DNA of 64,000 nucleotides from Eledone cirrhosa. Its lineage: Eukaryota. Below, piece after piece: positions 27,995 to 43,012 of this stretch. The translations under genes were made by a program, and so were the position numbers. The DNA is taken from NCBI GenBank assembly GCA_964016885.1, contig OZ024742.1:98518001-98582000 (forward strand). The letters run 5' to 3'. The notes under the pieces are model-generated. The model saw only the letters and a program-made list of their open reading frames with translations. It was not told the origin of the DNA and made no database searches. Each line of letters starts with the position of its first letter. Within the stretch, counting starts at the first letter, position 1.

Positions 27995-29150
27995 TTGGAT
28001 CTTTTTAGAAGATGATGAGTTTTGTGCTCTATGGTCTCAAGTCATTGAACATAAATATGGCGGCCATCAGGAAAACCAGACGGCCGACACACGACATTTC
28101 GTACCCATTCTTGATGAGTACCTCCGGGATCTGGATGTGGATTCGCTGTGTTGTTTCTGAAATGCTTGGATCTCACCATACGGGCCGACTACCTGAGCTC
28201 AGATGATAAGTTGGTGTTGCTGAACGTGACCAGCTGCGTATATACTTATGGACGTATATGCTAGGAAAGGGTATGGACGACCTATTTCTTCAGAAACCTG
28301 TAGAACATTCTAGGATCGCCTCACTCTCTAGCGTTAATGGGCAATTGGAACGATATCTTATAGGACAACTGGGACAGTGTGGAAGCAAGCAGACGTGGGT
28401 GGATGGTGTAAAATATTTGAAAAGCTGTTCAAACGTTTTCAATTGTTTAACAGGTACCGATTATTTGTAGAATGTTCCAAAATGGACATGGAAGAACCAC
28501 ATCGAGACATTTAGTGAGGGTATACTGTTGAGAAGTAAATAAGGGTAGTAGAGGTTGTCCATAATTTATAATAGTCATCTACACGGACAACAAATTTGGA
28601 ATCTGTACTGACGACTTAGATAAGTTTCATAAGCATTAACCTGGTCATTGGAAGTTAAACGTGTTCTTTCCGGCGTGCAAAATTTGAAGAAAATAAATAA
28701 GTGAATTAGTTAATTGGGTATTGACAACAACGAATGGTGTTTCACCATTGACAAGAAGTAATGGTGTATAATCGTTAATGTTTAAGAAAGAATTTGCAGT
28801 AGAGAAAACTAGAGTAGAAAGAGTGCTAGTTAGAATCTAGAAGATGAATTTAGGAAAGACAATGCAAAACATGCGCTTGAACCGAGATTGTTCTCGACCA
28901 ATTCTTCAATGCAAAGCAAGAGGTCTACGGTTTCAGAGATATCATGCGTGCTTTTAGATACGAGGGGATGAAAGCCGATCAATGAGCACGTGTTGAAGAA
29001 GCATGGTATGGCAACAAGGTACAATCGGAACAGTGCAGTTAAGCCGGATCACCGGACAGATATTACTGCTTAACTAGAAGAACTTGTGAGTCTCTCGGCG
29101 ACGGTGGTTGAGTGTCGCAAAAAGCCGATAACTGCCGAGGAAATATTGTA
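27995..29150 (+). mobile_element. Old degenerate Tx1 ORF2 (endonuclease region) fragment
   Basis: Aligns by eye to ~12550-13820 (LKSLNINMAAIRKTR; GDKLVLLNVTS; ACACGGACAACAAATT; GACCAATTCTTCAATGCAAAGCA). Confidence 0.75.
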
Positions 29151-29271
29151 AGCGATGACTACATCATATATAGAGATTCAAGCTGGTCAGTTGCAAAATT
29201 ATTAAAAATGCATGTGGAACTGAAGCGTCGATCTTTCGTTATAAATAATACATTTTTAAGCATATATACAT

Positions 29272-29424
<153 letters not shown>

Positions 29425-29691
29425 CAGAAGGGATGTTCAATTTGTTGGTAATTCAACAAATATAGATGTCTATAACTGGTTCAGAGCACTCAACAGCTTT
29501 CTGGAATATAATATTCAATGATATTAAATAAATGGAAACTATATTTATCAAACCATATTTATTCTATTATATATATTTCAAGGGTAAAATTTTGTTACCC
29601 TTATATGAACAAAATGTTTTATAAATATTTGACATAACCAAGGATAGTATACCTTAACGGTTCAAGTTATCCCTGGACATATATGTCAGTC

Positions 29692-29726
<35 letters not shown>

Positions 29727-30094
29727 TATATATATACAATGATATTAAATGATATTAAATATATATATATGTATATATATATATTTATATGATATTAAAT
29801 GATATTATATAAATATTAATATATATACATATATATATATATAATTACTAATATATCAATATTTAAAAAACCTGAAAATCCACGTGCTTTTTCTTTCCCA
29901 AAATGTCTTTTTTTTCTCTTAATCTCTTTTCATAACTTCTCTCTCTTTATTTCATATTTCCTTCCTCATTCTATCTTCTTATGAAAAACTGGTGGCCGAA
30001 ACGTAAGTTTCTTTTCCTACTATATCAAGCGTTGAACAAATATATGCCTGTTTTCTATATAACGTGTAGCAAATCAGTTTTCCTATTCTCTCTC

Positions 30095-30155
<61 letters not shown>

Positions 30156-30175
30156 ATATATATATATATATATAT

Positions 30176-31550
30176 AAGTATGTATATATACGTACATACA
30201 TATATGTATACATACATACAGTAGTATGTATATATATACATACATGCACACATATATATATATGCACGTATCGGTTTACCGAACATTTTTTATAATGCTT
30301 GGTTTGTTTATTTGTAAACAAACAAACAGCCTGAATTACGCTGTACAGTGTTTAGGCAACCACGTCACCTTATTGTTCAACACTGACACAGGAACGATGT
30401 ACTAGTTTCAAGCTTATTAGCTATCGTCAGCATCGACTACCTTCCTGCCAGATGGTTGAACGTCTGAAAGTATATACTTTCCTTATGCATATTAACGGCT
30501 GAGCAGCCTAATTTGCATATCGAGTGAGTTCAGTCGGCCTGGGGCACCGAAAACGATAAATGGAATAGAATGAAACGAAATTTCATTTCTCACTCTTCGA
30601 CGGCACTTACTTAAATGTAAATATGTATGTATGTATAGGTACATACATATATGTATACAGGCGTACAGTAGTATGTATATATATACATACATGCACACAT
30701 ATATATATGCACGTATCGGTTTACCGAACATTTATTATAATGCTCGATTTGTTTGTTTGTAAACAAACAAACAGCCCTAATTACGCCGTACTGTGTTTAG
30801 GCAACCACGTCACCTTTTTGTTCAACACTGACACAGGAACGATGTACTAGTTTCAAGCTTATTAGCTATCGTCTGCATCGTATACCTTCCTGCCAGATGG
30901 TTGAACGTCTGAAAGTATATACTTTCCTTATGCATATTAACGGCTGAGCAGCCTAATTTGCATATCGAGTGAGTTCAGTCGGCCGGGCGCACCGAAAACG
31001 ATTAATGGAATAGAATGAAACGAAATTTCATTTCTCACTCTTAGTACGGCACTCACTTAAATGTAAGTATGTATGTATACGTACATACATATATGTATAC
31101 AGATTCTATTCCATTTAACGTTTTCGGTGCGCCGACTGAACTCACTCGATATGCAAATTAGGCTGCTCAGCCGTTATAAGGAAAGTACATACTTTGAGAC
31201 GTTCAACCATCTGGCATGAAAGTATACGATGTTGACGATAGCTAATAAGCTTGAAACTAGTACATTGTTCCTGTGTCAGTGTTGAACAAAAAGGAGACGT
31301 GGTTGCCTACACCCTATGGCGTAAATCGGGCTGTTTGTTTGTTTACAAACAAATAAACCGAGCATTATAATAAATGTTCGGTAAACCGATAGGTGCCTAT
31401 ATATATGTGTGCATGTATGTATATATATACATACTACTGTACGTCTGTATACATATATGTATGTACGTATACATACATACATACTTACATTTAAGTAAGT
31501 TACGTACTAAGTGTGAGAAATGAAATTTCGTTTCATTCTATTCCATTTAT
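30176..31550. repeat. Family A hammerhead-bearing repeat: two tandem units (~445 bp period) plus one inverted unit
   Basis: Hammerhead folds at 30394-30436(-), 30839-30881(-; core mutated to CAGACGA) and 31226-31268(+; TTGACGA). Octamer ATTTGCAT at 30511 and 30956. Confidence 0.9.
30394..30436 (-). ncRNA. Type I hammerhead ribozyme (family A, intact core)
   Basis: cgatg-CTGACGA-tagct/aata/agctt-GAAA-ctag-TA-catcg. Confidence 0.85.
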
Positions 31551-31599
31551 ATATATATATATATCTCTGGTAATCATAATAAATTTGACGACTGAAATC

Positions 31600-33226
31600 C
31601 AAAGAATGCTCGATAAGGATGAATATATATCAAATATATAAGAACCGTAGAGCACGTCCCGTAGGGCCTATATAGGGTTAACGGCCAATCGATTCAAGCA
31701 CCATCTTTACATGCATACCCATTCTTTTCGTTACCGTTTAAGAAGGAATATGACGTCACTTTCAGCTTATATCTGGAGCCTAAAAGTCAACCACACCCAA
31801 TATAAGTTTCACTGGGTGATTCTAGCTAGGGCTAAATCGTATAACGGAAATAAAAGACCATGTGTCCTCTGCGCCGCTGAGACCTTGGAAGTACTCTACG
31901 CGACAGACCACATCTTAAACACAAAATATAAGGCAATTTCGGCTTGTAAACATAAATTGCACAACATTTTCCTGTATTACAGCCCCACATTATACCCTAA
32001 CGGGTAGTACGAACAATACACGGATATTTTACGTCTTGATATGGTAGCTAAGTATATATTATGTTTATACCATTACTTATTTGTATAGGTAAGTATATAT
32101 TACCTGTATGCTTTGTGAAGGAACGAATACTTTCTCGTACGTATAATAAATTGTATATGTTATGGCGTATACATTATTTATTCTGGTACATATGCTTTTG
32201 GTTATGTGTATACTTGAGTTTTGCGTCTGTGTGAGTATGCGGGTTCGTACGTATATAGGGTGTGTGTATATATGTGCTTTGTGTTATGGTTGACGTACGT
32301 CTCCGTACATATGTATATTTACATGTAGATACGTGTGTGCGCTTGTTATAAGCGTATTTATTTATTTATATACGTTTATTTAATTATATGTATACACGCA
32401 CACACACATATATATATATATATTTTTATATATATGTTTATGTGTATTTGGTGTATTCATTCGTATGCGTGCGGGTACCGGCGATGCGTGGGTTCTGTAT
32501 GCGCGTGCGTTTTTTTTTTCGAGTACGTGCGTGTATTTGTATACCAATGGCGTGTGTTTTCGCGTATGCTTGTGTATGTACGTATATGGATGCGTGTATG
32601 TATTTATTTAATTTCTATTACCTCTGTATTTTATTTACTTTATTCTTAACTCTGAAGCTGAGAATCATTCGGTTTCAGAGTTAGAATTTTAGTCTACGAC
32701 TTCAGTTATACCATTTACGTGGTTTTGTATTTGCGTGCAATTGTTCTCCCCGATCCACATAATGACGTATTATCTGCGTTTTTCCGTTCATTGCCAGAGA
32801 ACGTCTCTAAGAACCACCTAAGAGAATATTAGTCTACGACTCATTTTATACCATAAACGTGGTTTTGTCTTTACGTGTAATTGTTTTTCACCGTTACAAA
32901 TAATTGTTTCTACTTTAGGCACAAGGCCAGCAATTACCCAGTACATTACTGGTACTTTATTTTATCGACCCCGTAAGGATGAAAGGCAATTCATGAAAGG
33001 AAATTCAATTTCACCGTTACAAATAATGACGTATCATATTCCTTTTTTCCCGATCTTTGCCAGGGAACGTTTCCACGAACCAAAGTATCGTCTTCCTGTC
33101 TTCCTCCGGTTGAAACGTTTTTTAATTATTCACTTCTGCGTTCACAGATTGATTTTGTTAGTTTCAGAAGATCCCGTTAAGGGTGAAATCAGCGATTCTT
33201 TGCTTAAACTTTAATCTGTTATTTTA

Positions 33227-33232
<6 letters not shown>
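31600..33232 (+). mobile_element. 5'-truncated Penelope-like (Naiad-type) element: GIY-YIG C-terminus plus 1.2 kb 3' region (family B)
   Basis: AYIGLTANRFK...TSLSAYIWSLK...CVLC..E...CKH, ending in AATAAA(TA)n. A SINE fragment is inserted at ~32905-32990. Confidence 0.85.
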
Positions 33233-33267
<35 letters not shown>

Positions 33268-34287
33268 TAAACAAATAATGAACAAACAATTCCTTATATT
33301 AAACAAAAAAAGTTCACTATTTAACGATCGTTTCTAGGGTATATATGTGTTATAATTGGTATGCATATTCAACAGATCTATGTACAAAATTATACAAAAT
33401 TATACAAATTATCAAGATTAAATATACATACCTAACACATATATACGCCGTCTTCAGAAATAATGAAGTATATTTATTGATAATAACAACAATTCAAAAT
33501 ATCAGTTCAAAATTGACCAATGAAAACACAAAGGGTTAAAAGCAGTTTGGTGTGTGTATATACATGTAAAATCCTTACACATATTTTACAATAATGTGTG
33601 TATAATTTGTATGTGCATACTAAAAAGATGGATGCAAACACAAAATTTCAAGGTTAATATCTCTGTAAGCTTAATGCGCTGATAAGATGCGCAATGATAC
33701 TTATGGAGTCAAGCATATAAATATATTTTTTTCATACTCACACATATCAGTATAATCACACATACATGCGCGTATATGCATAAATATACACATAACCACG
33801 AACATACAAACACACACACTCCCCCACTCACATTTATATATGTGGATATAAAATCATAAGCAAATAGAAATTAAGTTACTCACATAAAACACTGGCACAC
33901 ACATTTCAAGATCAAGATACAGAAATTAGGTGGGAGGGGGGGGAGGGGTCAGTATTAGATTGTCAGAGCAGACTGCCTAATATAAATGTATCTATAAATT
34001 AAGAAAAATAAAAAAATAAAAACAATAAAATATAATAAATATAATATAATGTACATACACATACAGATATACATACACATACATACATGTACGCGCACAT
34101 AGAGATATTTACGCATACACACATACACACATACGTATACAGTCATACACACACATACACTTACACGAACATACACATACACATATAAAAGGATATATAT
34201 ACACACACACACACACGCGCAACACATACACACATACACATATATATAAAAAATAGATAATAAAGATATATATCCATATATATATAT

Positions 34288-34348
<61 letters not shown>

Positions 34349-34437
34349 TATACACATACATACCCATACATCTAAATATACATACACATACATACACACA
34401 TACATGTATATACATGTACATACATATACGCACATCG

Positions 34438-34491
<54 letters not shown>

Positions 34492-34535
34492 TCACATAGA
34501 CATAAAGATACATACACACACAACTTACATACACA

Positions 34536-34569
<34 letters not shown>

Positions 34570-34835
34570 TGTACCTTCATACATAGAATTAGATATATAA
34601 TCATACATACATATGCACCTACTTATACTCATATAAATAAATACATACGCTTCAATATATGTGTATACACATAAAAAACAATACCACCTCACCAAACTCA
34701 GACATACAAATGAAAATAATAATAAAAAAACGCATATGTATATACATACACACACGCATTAATAGAGATATATATATATACACACATACATACACACACA
34801 TATATATACATACACACACATATACATACACATAC

Positions 34836-34888
<53 letters not shown>

Positions 34889-34895
34889 TAGACTC

Positions 34896-34926
<31 letters not shown>

Positions 34927-35200
34927 AACATATATATCCACACACTCATACCACCATAAATACACATACAAACACCCACATGTATATATATATATATATC
35001 CACATACACACACGTATACATATATATATATACACATATACACATACATATATATATATACACACACATAAAAAACAGACATGCACATATACATATATAT
35101 ATATATATTTCATTACTCTTACATATACACATAGTATATATACATACACAACCTCACTTATACACATATACACATAAGTTATATTACAATAATAATAAAG

Positions 35201-35245
<45 letters not shown>

Positions 35246-35639
35246 CATATATATATATATATACATACATACATACACATACATACATACACACAAATAT
35301 ATACATACATAAATACACACATACGAATAAAGACATATATTCACACATAGACACCTATATACATATATATATATATATATATATCTATATATATATATAT
35401 ACATATATATATATACATACATTTATACCCTAGAAACGATCGTTAAATAGTGAACTTTTTTTGTTTAATATAAGGAATTGTTTGTTCATTATTTGTTTAA
35501 TATTTTATCTTGACTCTGTATACCGTTTATCTTTCACCGAAAGTGGATTTTCATTACATCTCTTCTTTCCATGATATCCGGAATACATTGAGTTCTTCAT
35601 ACGGATTGGACACTACCGTAAACTCTTGGTAGATTTATC

Positions 35640-36069
<430 letters not shown>

Positions 36070-36589
36070 GCTGCCAACTCGTTTTCGAGTACGGCCACTA
36101 CTTTATATCCATGTAGGAGAACCCCTACCGATGCGCTGAACGAATGTGACATTTTAATCCAACCAGCGACTTGAAAACTCTGGTACAAACACTACACTTG
36201 TAACAATTATTGATAGATAATGCCGGGTCCATGGTACCATGTGTTGACAAGTGCAGAGAGATCTCCAGATATAAAGCAATGCCTGTGCCGTGAAGCTTTT
36301 ATAGTGCGCAAAGGCACTGCACAAAGCCAGTCCCACTCTTTAAACCAAGATGATATTTACCAAAAAGAACAAGTCAACATCATTGGATACCATCAGGGTT
36401 GCATGTGTTATATCAGTGTTTTCCTTCAGAGTTTTCGACCCTATAAGGATGAAATGAAATAAAGTACCAGTAATACACTGGGATAATTGCTGACCTTGTG
36501 CCAAAAATAGAAACAAATATTATATACACGCATGGTCGCATTCACACACACGTGCACACAAGCATACATGCCTTTGTATGTATGTACGC

Positions 36590-36692
<103 letters not shown>

Positions 36693-37368
36693 ATAGGAAA
36701 TCTGATTTGCTGCTTGTTATATTCAAAACAGACATATATTAGTTCAACGTTTAATATAGTAGGAAAAGAAACTTTACGTTTCGGACACCAGTTCTTCATA
36801 AGAAGATAGAATGAGGAAGGAAAGATGAAATAAAGAGAGACATGTTATGAACAGAGATTAAGAGAACAATAATATTACTTTTACCTAAGATATGAGAAGT
36901 AAGATTCTAAGTTTCCTTAACTCGTGAAATGTTTGTCATTGTATTTTAACCCCAATGAATTTACCTATGGCGCAGCTACATTATAGATGAGTACAAAGAC
37001 CAACGGATAAAAAGGCCATAATCTATGACATATGGCATTGTAAACCGTATTAAGAAGATTAATATGTGGTGTGTATATATCATAAACAACTGATAGCAAA
37101 GCTATTTTGAGAAAGGAGCCTGTGTAGTACTGATTCACGTAGTCTCGGAAAACAAGATGAGATGGAGAGATGAATTAGATAGAGGTTTCTATGTTACATT
37201 GAAGAGAGCAACACAGAATGAAAACATTTGGCACCGGCTTGGAGTGGCCTTCGCCATGCAGTGGACAGATAATGAATGAGGATGTTGATCATATTGATAT
37301 ATTATATATTTTTTGCACTTGTGGTTAGGAAGATATAAACAATGAAATATTCTAGGCATTAAGATAAA

Positions 37369-37425
<57 letters not shown>

Positions 37426-37703
37426 AAGATAGACATATATATATATATATATTTATGTGACTGGTGCTTTTCAAAATACATGTTAGAATTGAAAGCTACG
37501 GAGGAAACAAGCATACGCATACTTACAATGTCTATATCAAATTTCCAATGCATTCACATCATTCACCACCAATAAATGAAGACACACACGCATATATCTA
37601 TATATATATGTATATATATATGTGTGTGTGAGTGTGTGTATGTATGTTTCTCTCTCTCTCACTCTCTCTCTCTCTATATATATATAGAGAGAGATATAGA
37701 TAG

Positions 37704-37796
<93 letters not shown>

Positions 37797-38143
37797 TATT
37801 CACATATATCTTTAGGTTATATAATATATTATTTCACCATTAGATACCACGAATGTTTTATATCGATTAGCTCCTCAGTACGTATGTCTTTTCTTTTTTT
37901 CTATATGGACAGGAAGAAGAGAAGAAATATTTAGATAATATATATTTTCTTGTTGTTTACGTGATATTTTCTTTCTGATTTGCTATAGTATATCGTCCAC
38001 TTGTGCCATTATCTCCATATGTGATATTTCTCTGATAATATCGTACCATTGTTTTTTCCACTACTCTGCAGTGATTATCTGATTTATTGCATTGTATAAT
38101 ACAGTAGACTATTGTATTCTAGTTATGTACAATAAACCCACAA

Positions 38144-38200
<57 letters not shown>

Positions 38201-38319
38201 CATATGGATGTATGTGATATATATATGCAAATGGATGTATGTCATATATACGTATATATATATATAAACATATATATGTATATATATATATATATATATA
38301 CATATCGATGTATGTTATA

Positions 38320-38380
<61 letters not shown>

Positions 38381-38390
<10 letters not shown>

Positions 38391-40633
38391 GGATGTCTGT
38401 CTGTGTGTCTGTTCCCCTAAACCTCGAGAAGTACCCAACCGTTTGTTATCAAACTTTACACATGTAACCCGTATGGCCTCGGAAGTGTTTTGAGCAAAAA
38501 TAAATTTCAAATTATTCTGATCTAGGGATCGAATTAGTGAAGTGGCCAATGTCTGTACATAATGAGGGAGTAAGAGGGGAGAGAAAGAAACGGAGAGAGG
38601 CGAAGTGAAGAAGTTGCTCTCTACTCCTCCTCCTTCTCCCCATTCGTCACAGCGTTTTTCGATAGAGAGCAGAAATGTGAACGAGTTACTGAGAGAAAGA
38701 GTGAGAGTGTAAGAAACAGACAGACTAAAAGAGGGGGATAGCGGGAGAGAGAGAGAGTGACAGACGCCGTCTTTTGAGAGTTGTATGCGTCAAAGATACA
38801 TGACAGTAGAATAACTATTGCGTGTGTGTGTGTACGTGCGCGCGCGTGTGTGTGAGTTTGTGTGCGTTTGCATGCGTGAGTGTGTATATGTGCGTGAGTG
38901 ATTATGAAATCTCTCACATGGTCTGATGGAATTAAACCCTTTAGCATTTACATTACTCTATACATAATATATTATTTTCATGGCAAAGGCTTTATCCCAC
39001 ATAATATAAAAATCTCATAGATTTAATATTATTTATGTTGAGAACAAAACCTTAACCCTTTAGTATTAATGTGAGTGCGTTATAAAGAGAAAGAGTGAGA
39101 GTGAAAGAAACAGACAGACTAAAAGAGGGGAATAGCGAGAGAGAGAGACGCTGGAAGAGGGGATGGAAAGCTATAAGTAATTAACACGTGTGCGTGTGTG
39201 TTTACGTGCGCGCGTGTGTCTGTGTGCGTGTGCGTGTGTGTATGTGTGTGTGTGTTCGCGCAGGGTTCCATTATGAGTTAAATCTATTAACATGTGTGTG
39301 TGTGAGTTTGCATGCGTTTCTGCGTTTGCGTGCTTCAGTGTGTGTGTGTACTTGCGTGTGGCGTTTCAGTTACGCCATTTTTGTCACTAACAACATATTC
39401 ACTAACTTACACTCATTCCAACTGCTGCTCTTACTGTTACCCCTCTTCCTATCCATACCCCGTTCGGAAATCACATGCATCGATTTTTAATTCACTGATG
39501 ACTTTACTCCTTACTCTACCAGTGAGTTTCAGTGTACTTCGTACTGCTTTTAGGTCATGCCTCGAAGGAAGAGATACCACGCGAAAGCAGCAACAACACA
39601 AACAGGGCGGGCAAACGAATCGTCAGTGGAATCTGCTATTCGACGGTCGCAAGATGCTAAACGTACTGCCACCGGAAGAGCACTTGAAACATACAATCAA
39701 CGAACCATTCGCCGAACCGCTAATGCCGCATCAACTTCTGTTGCACGAGCAGCCGAGACGGACGACCAGCGTAAAAGAAGTCGGAGTACGGATTCTGCGA
39801 ATAATGTTGCTGTGCAAGCTACACATACCTCGCAAGAACGAGATATTCGATTACAATGTAATGCTCAACGAAGGACCTTTGGACAGGGTATTTCAAGGCT
39901 GTGTAGCTCACGATGTTCCTTGAACGCATTCGAGTACAACCCTGACTTTGATTACAGTGGCCATCCAGATATGCGAATTGGGAGTATGTGAAAGACGTGC
40001 TCTTTCTGCAATGCAAAAAAGTGACCCGGAGAAACACCTGGCTTGTGTTGCGCAAATGGAAAAGTGAAATTACGTTCCCTGCAGTATCCACCACAACCGT
40101 TGAAGCTCCTGTCTGTGTGTGTGTGTGTTCGAATCCCTAAAACACAAGAACCACCCAACCGACTGTTTTCAAACTTTACACATGTAATACTTATGTTTCA
40201 GGGAGTGTTATGCACATAAAAACATTCAACTTTTTTTTAGGTGAAAAACGGCGTTTTTTAAACATTTTTATTGTTTTTTTTAGGCGTTACGTCAGACCGA
40301 TTTCCTTAAAATTGTAACTATGTATTATTCAGTCTGTTCTTCATACCGTGAGCAAAGAAAATACAACTTTCTTATGGCCGAAAAAGTGAAAAATTTCATT
40401 TTTTCAGATTCTTAGGGCTTTTTGGAGGCGTTACGTCTAGTCGATTTTCCATAAATTTCAAGGCATATTATGCACATTAAAAAAATTCATTTTCTTGATC
40501 CATTAGGTGAAAACCTACATTTTTCCTGCCTCATCGAGGAAAATCTTAAAGATTATCCAGCCATCAGAGTATTCGGGTTAGTAGGTCTATTGGCGTTCCA
40601 AAATAATTATCCCGTGCAACGCCGGGTACCACT
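38381..40633 (+). mobile_element. Non-autonomous Helitron with remnant Rep N-terminus
   Basis: ORF 39557 continues through stops into IGSM*KTCSFCNAKK*PGETPGLCCANGKVKL..LQYPPQPLKLL (Helitron N-terminal zinc-finger region). 3' hairpin CCCGTGCAACGCCGGG at 40611. Confidence 0.8.
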
Positions 40634-40636
40634 ATA

Positions 40637-40704
<68 letters not shown>

Positions 40705-40801
40705 AGCAGTGGTACCCGGCGTAGTACGGGATAATTATTTTGGAACGCCAATAGACCTAAAAACTGCATGCCTGTATTTTATATATATATATATATATAC
40801 A

Positions 40802-40873
<72 letters not shown>

Positions 40874-41115
40874 GTAAGTATGTCTGTATACGTACATACA
40901 TATATGTATACAGACGTACAGTAGCATGCATATATATATATATATATATACATATATACATACAGGTACACATACATATATGCACGTAGCAGTTTAGCGG
41001 ACGCTTATTATAACGCCGCTTTGTTCGTTTGTAAACAAACTGAACAGCCTGAATTTTTTATGCCGTACGGTGTTAAGGCAACCACGTCACCTTTTTGTTC
41101 AACACCGACACAGGA

Positions 41116-41158
41116 ACGATGTACTAGTTTCAAGCTTGTTAGCTATCATCAGCACCGT
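41116..41158 (-). ncRNA. Type I hammerhead ribozyme (family A)
   Basis: acggtg-CTGATGA-tagct/aaca/agctt-GAAA-ctag-TA-catcgt, with palindromic ACUAGU stem III. Confidence 0.9.
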
Positions 41159-41394
41159 ATACCCATCTGCCAGATAGTTGAACGTTCGAAAGTATATACT
41201 TTCCTTATGAAAATTAACGGCTGAGCAGCCTAATTTGCATATCGAGTGAGCTAAGTCGGTCAGGCATACCGAAAACGATAAGTTGACATAAAATGAAAAC
41301 GAAATTTCATTTCTCACTCTTAGTACGGCACTTACTTAAATGTAAGTATGTGTGTATACGTACATACATATATGTATACAGACGTACAGTAGCA

Positions 41395-41472
<78 letters not shown>

Positions 41473-41631
41473 TACATACAGGTACACATACATATATGCA
41501 CGTATTAGTTTAGCGGACGTTTATTATAACGCCGCTTTGTTCGTTTGTAAACAAACTGAACAGCCTGAATTTTTTATGCCGTACGGTGTTAAGGCAACCA
41601 CGTCACCTTTTTGTTCAACACTGACACAGGA

Positions 41632-41674
41632 ACGATGTACTAGTTTCAAGCTTGTTAGCTATCATCAGCACCGT
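41632..41674 (-). ncRNA. Type I hammerhead ribozyme (family A)
   Basis: Identical to 41116-41158. Confidence 0.9.
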
Positions 41675-41910
41675 ATACCCATCTGCCAGATAGTTGAACG
41701 TTCGAAAGTATATACTTTCCTTATGAAAATTAACGGCTGAGCAGCCTAATTTGCATATCGTGTGAGCTAAGTCGGTCAGGCATACCGAAAACGATAAGTT
41801 GAAATAAAATGAAAACGAAATTTCATTTCTCACTCTTATAACGGCACTTACTTAAATGTAAGTATGTGTGTATACGTACATACATATATGTATACAGACG
41901 TACAGTAGCA

Positions 41911-42040
<130 letters not shown>

Positions 42041-42363
42041 TACATACAGGTACACATACATATATGCACGTATCAGTTTAGCGGACGCTGATTATAACGC
42101 CGCTTTGTTCGTTTGTAAACAAACTGAACAGCCTGAATTTTTTATGACGTACGGTGTTAAGGCAACCACGTCACCTTTTTGTTCAACACTGACGCAGGAA
42201 CGATGTACTAGTTTCAAGCTTGTTTCAAGCTTGCCTTAACACCGTACGGCATAAAAAATTCAGGCTGTTCAGTTTGTTTACAAACGAACAAAGCGGCGTT
42301 ATAACAAGCGTCCGCTAAACTGATACGTGCATATATGTACGTGTACCTGTATATATATATGTG

Positions 42364-42457
<94 letters not shown>

Positions 42458-42569
42458 TGCTACTGTACGTCTGTATACATATATGTATGTACGTATACAC
42501 ACATACTTACATTTAAGTAAGTGCCGAATTAAGAGTGAGAAGTGAAATTTCGTTTTCATTTTATTTCAA

Positions 42570-42622
<53 letters not shown>

Positions 42623-42766
42623 ACAAGATGTGATGGATAATAAAATACTAGCGTACAGTAATGGGGAGGAACTTAGAGAAGTGAAGGAGGCAGAAAAAAA
42701 CAATTGTATAGTGTAGTGAGCAAAGGATATAGGGGGATGGCAGAGTCCATGTCAAATGTATGTATG

Positions 42767-42797
<31 letters not shown>

Positions 42798-42798
<1 letters not shown>

Positions 42799-42994
42799 GG
42801 AAATTGTTCAAGACCCTGATGGCAGAGCTCAAGCCCTTTCGACGGCTATTTCTGGTCCAGAAATAGCCATCAACACGGCTTGAGCTCGGCCATGGGGGTC
42901 TTGAACATTTTCCTATTACCCACTCTACTACCCTAAGTATTGAGTACTCTGGTGCATTATGGTCCATCTGGTTCCTTACCACACTTCCTTCGTT
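42798..42994. repeat. Family D ~195 bp element with ~58-bp-arm terminal hairpin
   Basis: Reverse-complement homolog of 52621-52817. The hairpin arm is also present at 43013-43068. Flanked by (TA)n. Confidence 0.8.
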
Positions 42995-43012
42995 TTATAT
43001 ATATATATATAT

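Noticed and set aside
29968-30010. Hammerhead-like ATGAA(G/A)A...GAAACGTA (also inverted at ~36770-36802)
   Set aside because: Core is mutated and stem II is unconvincing.
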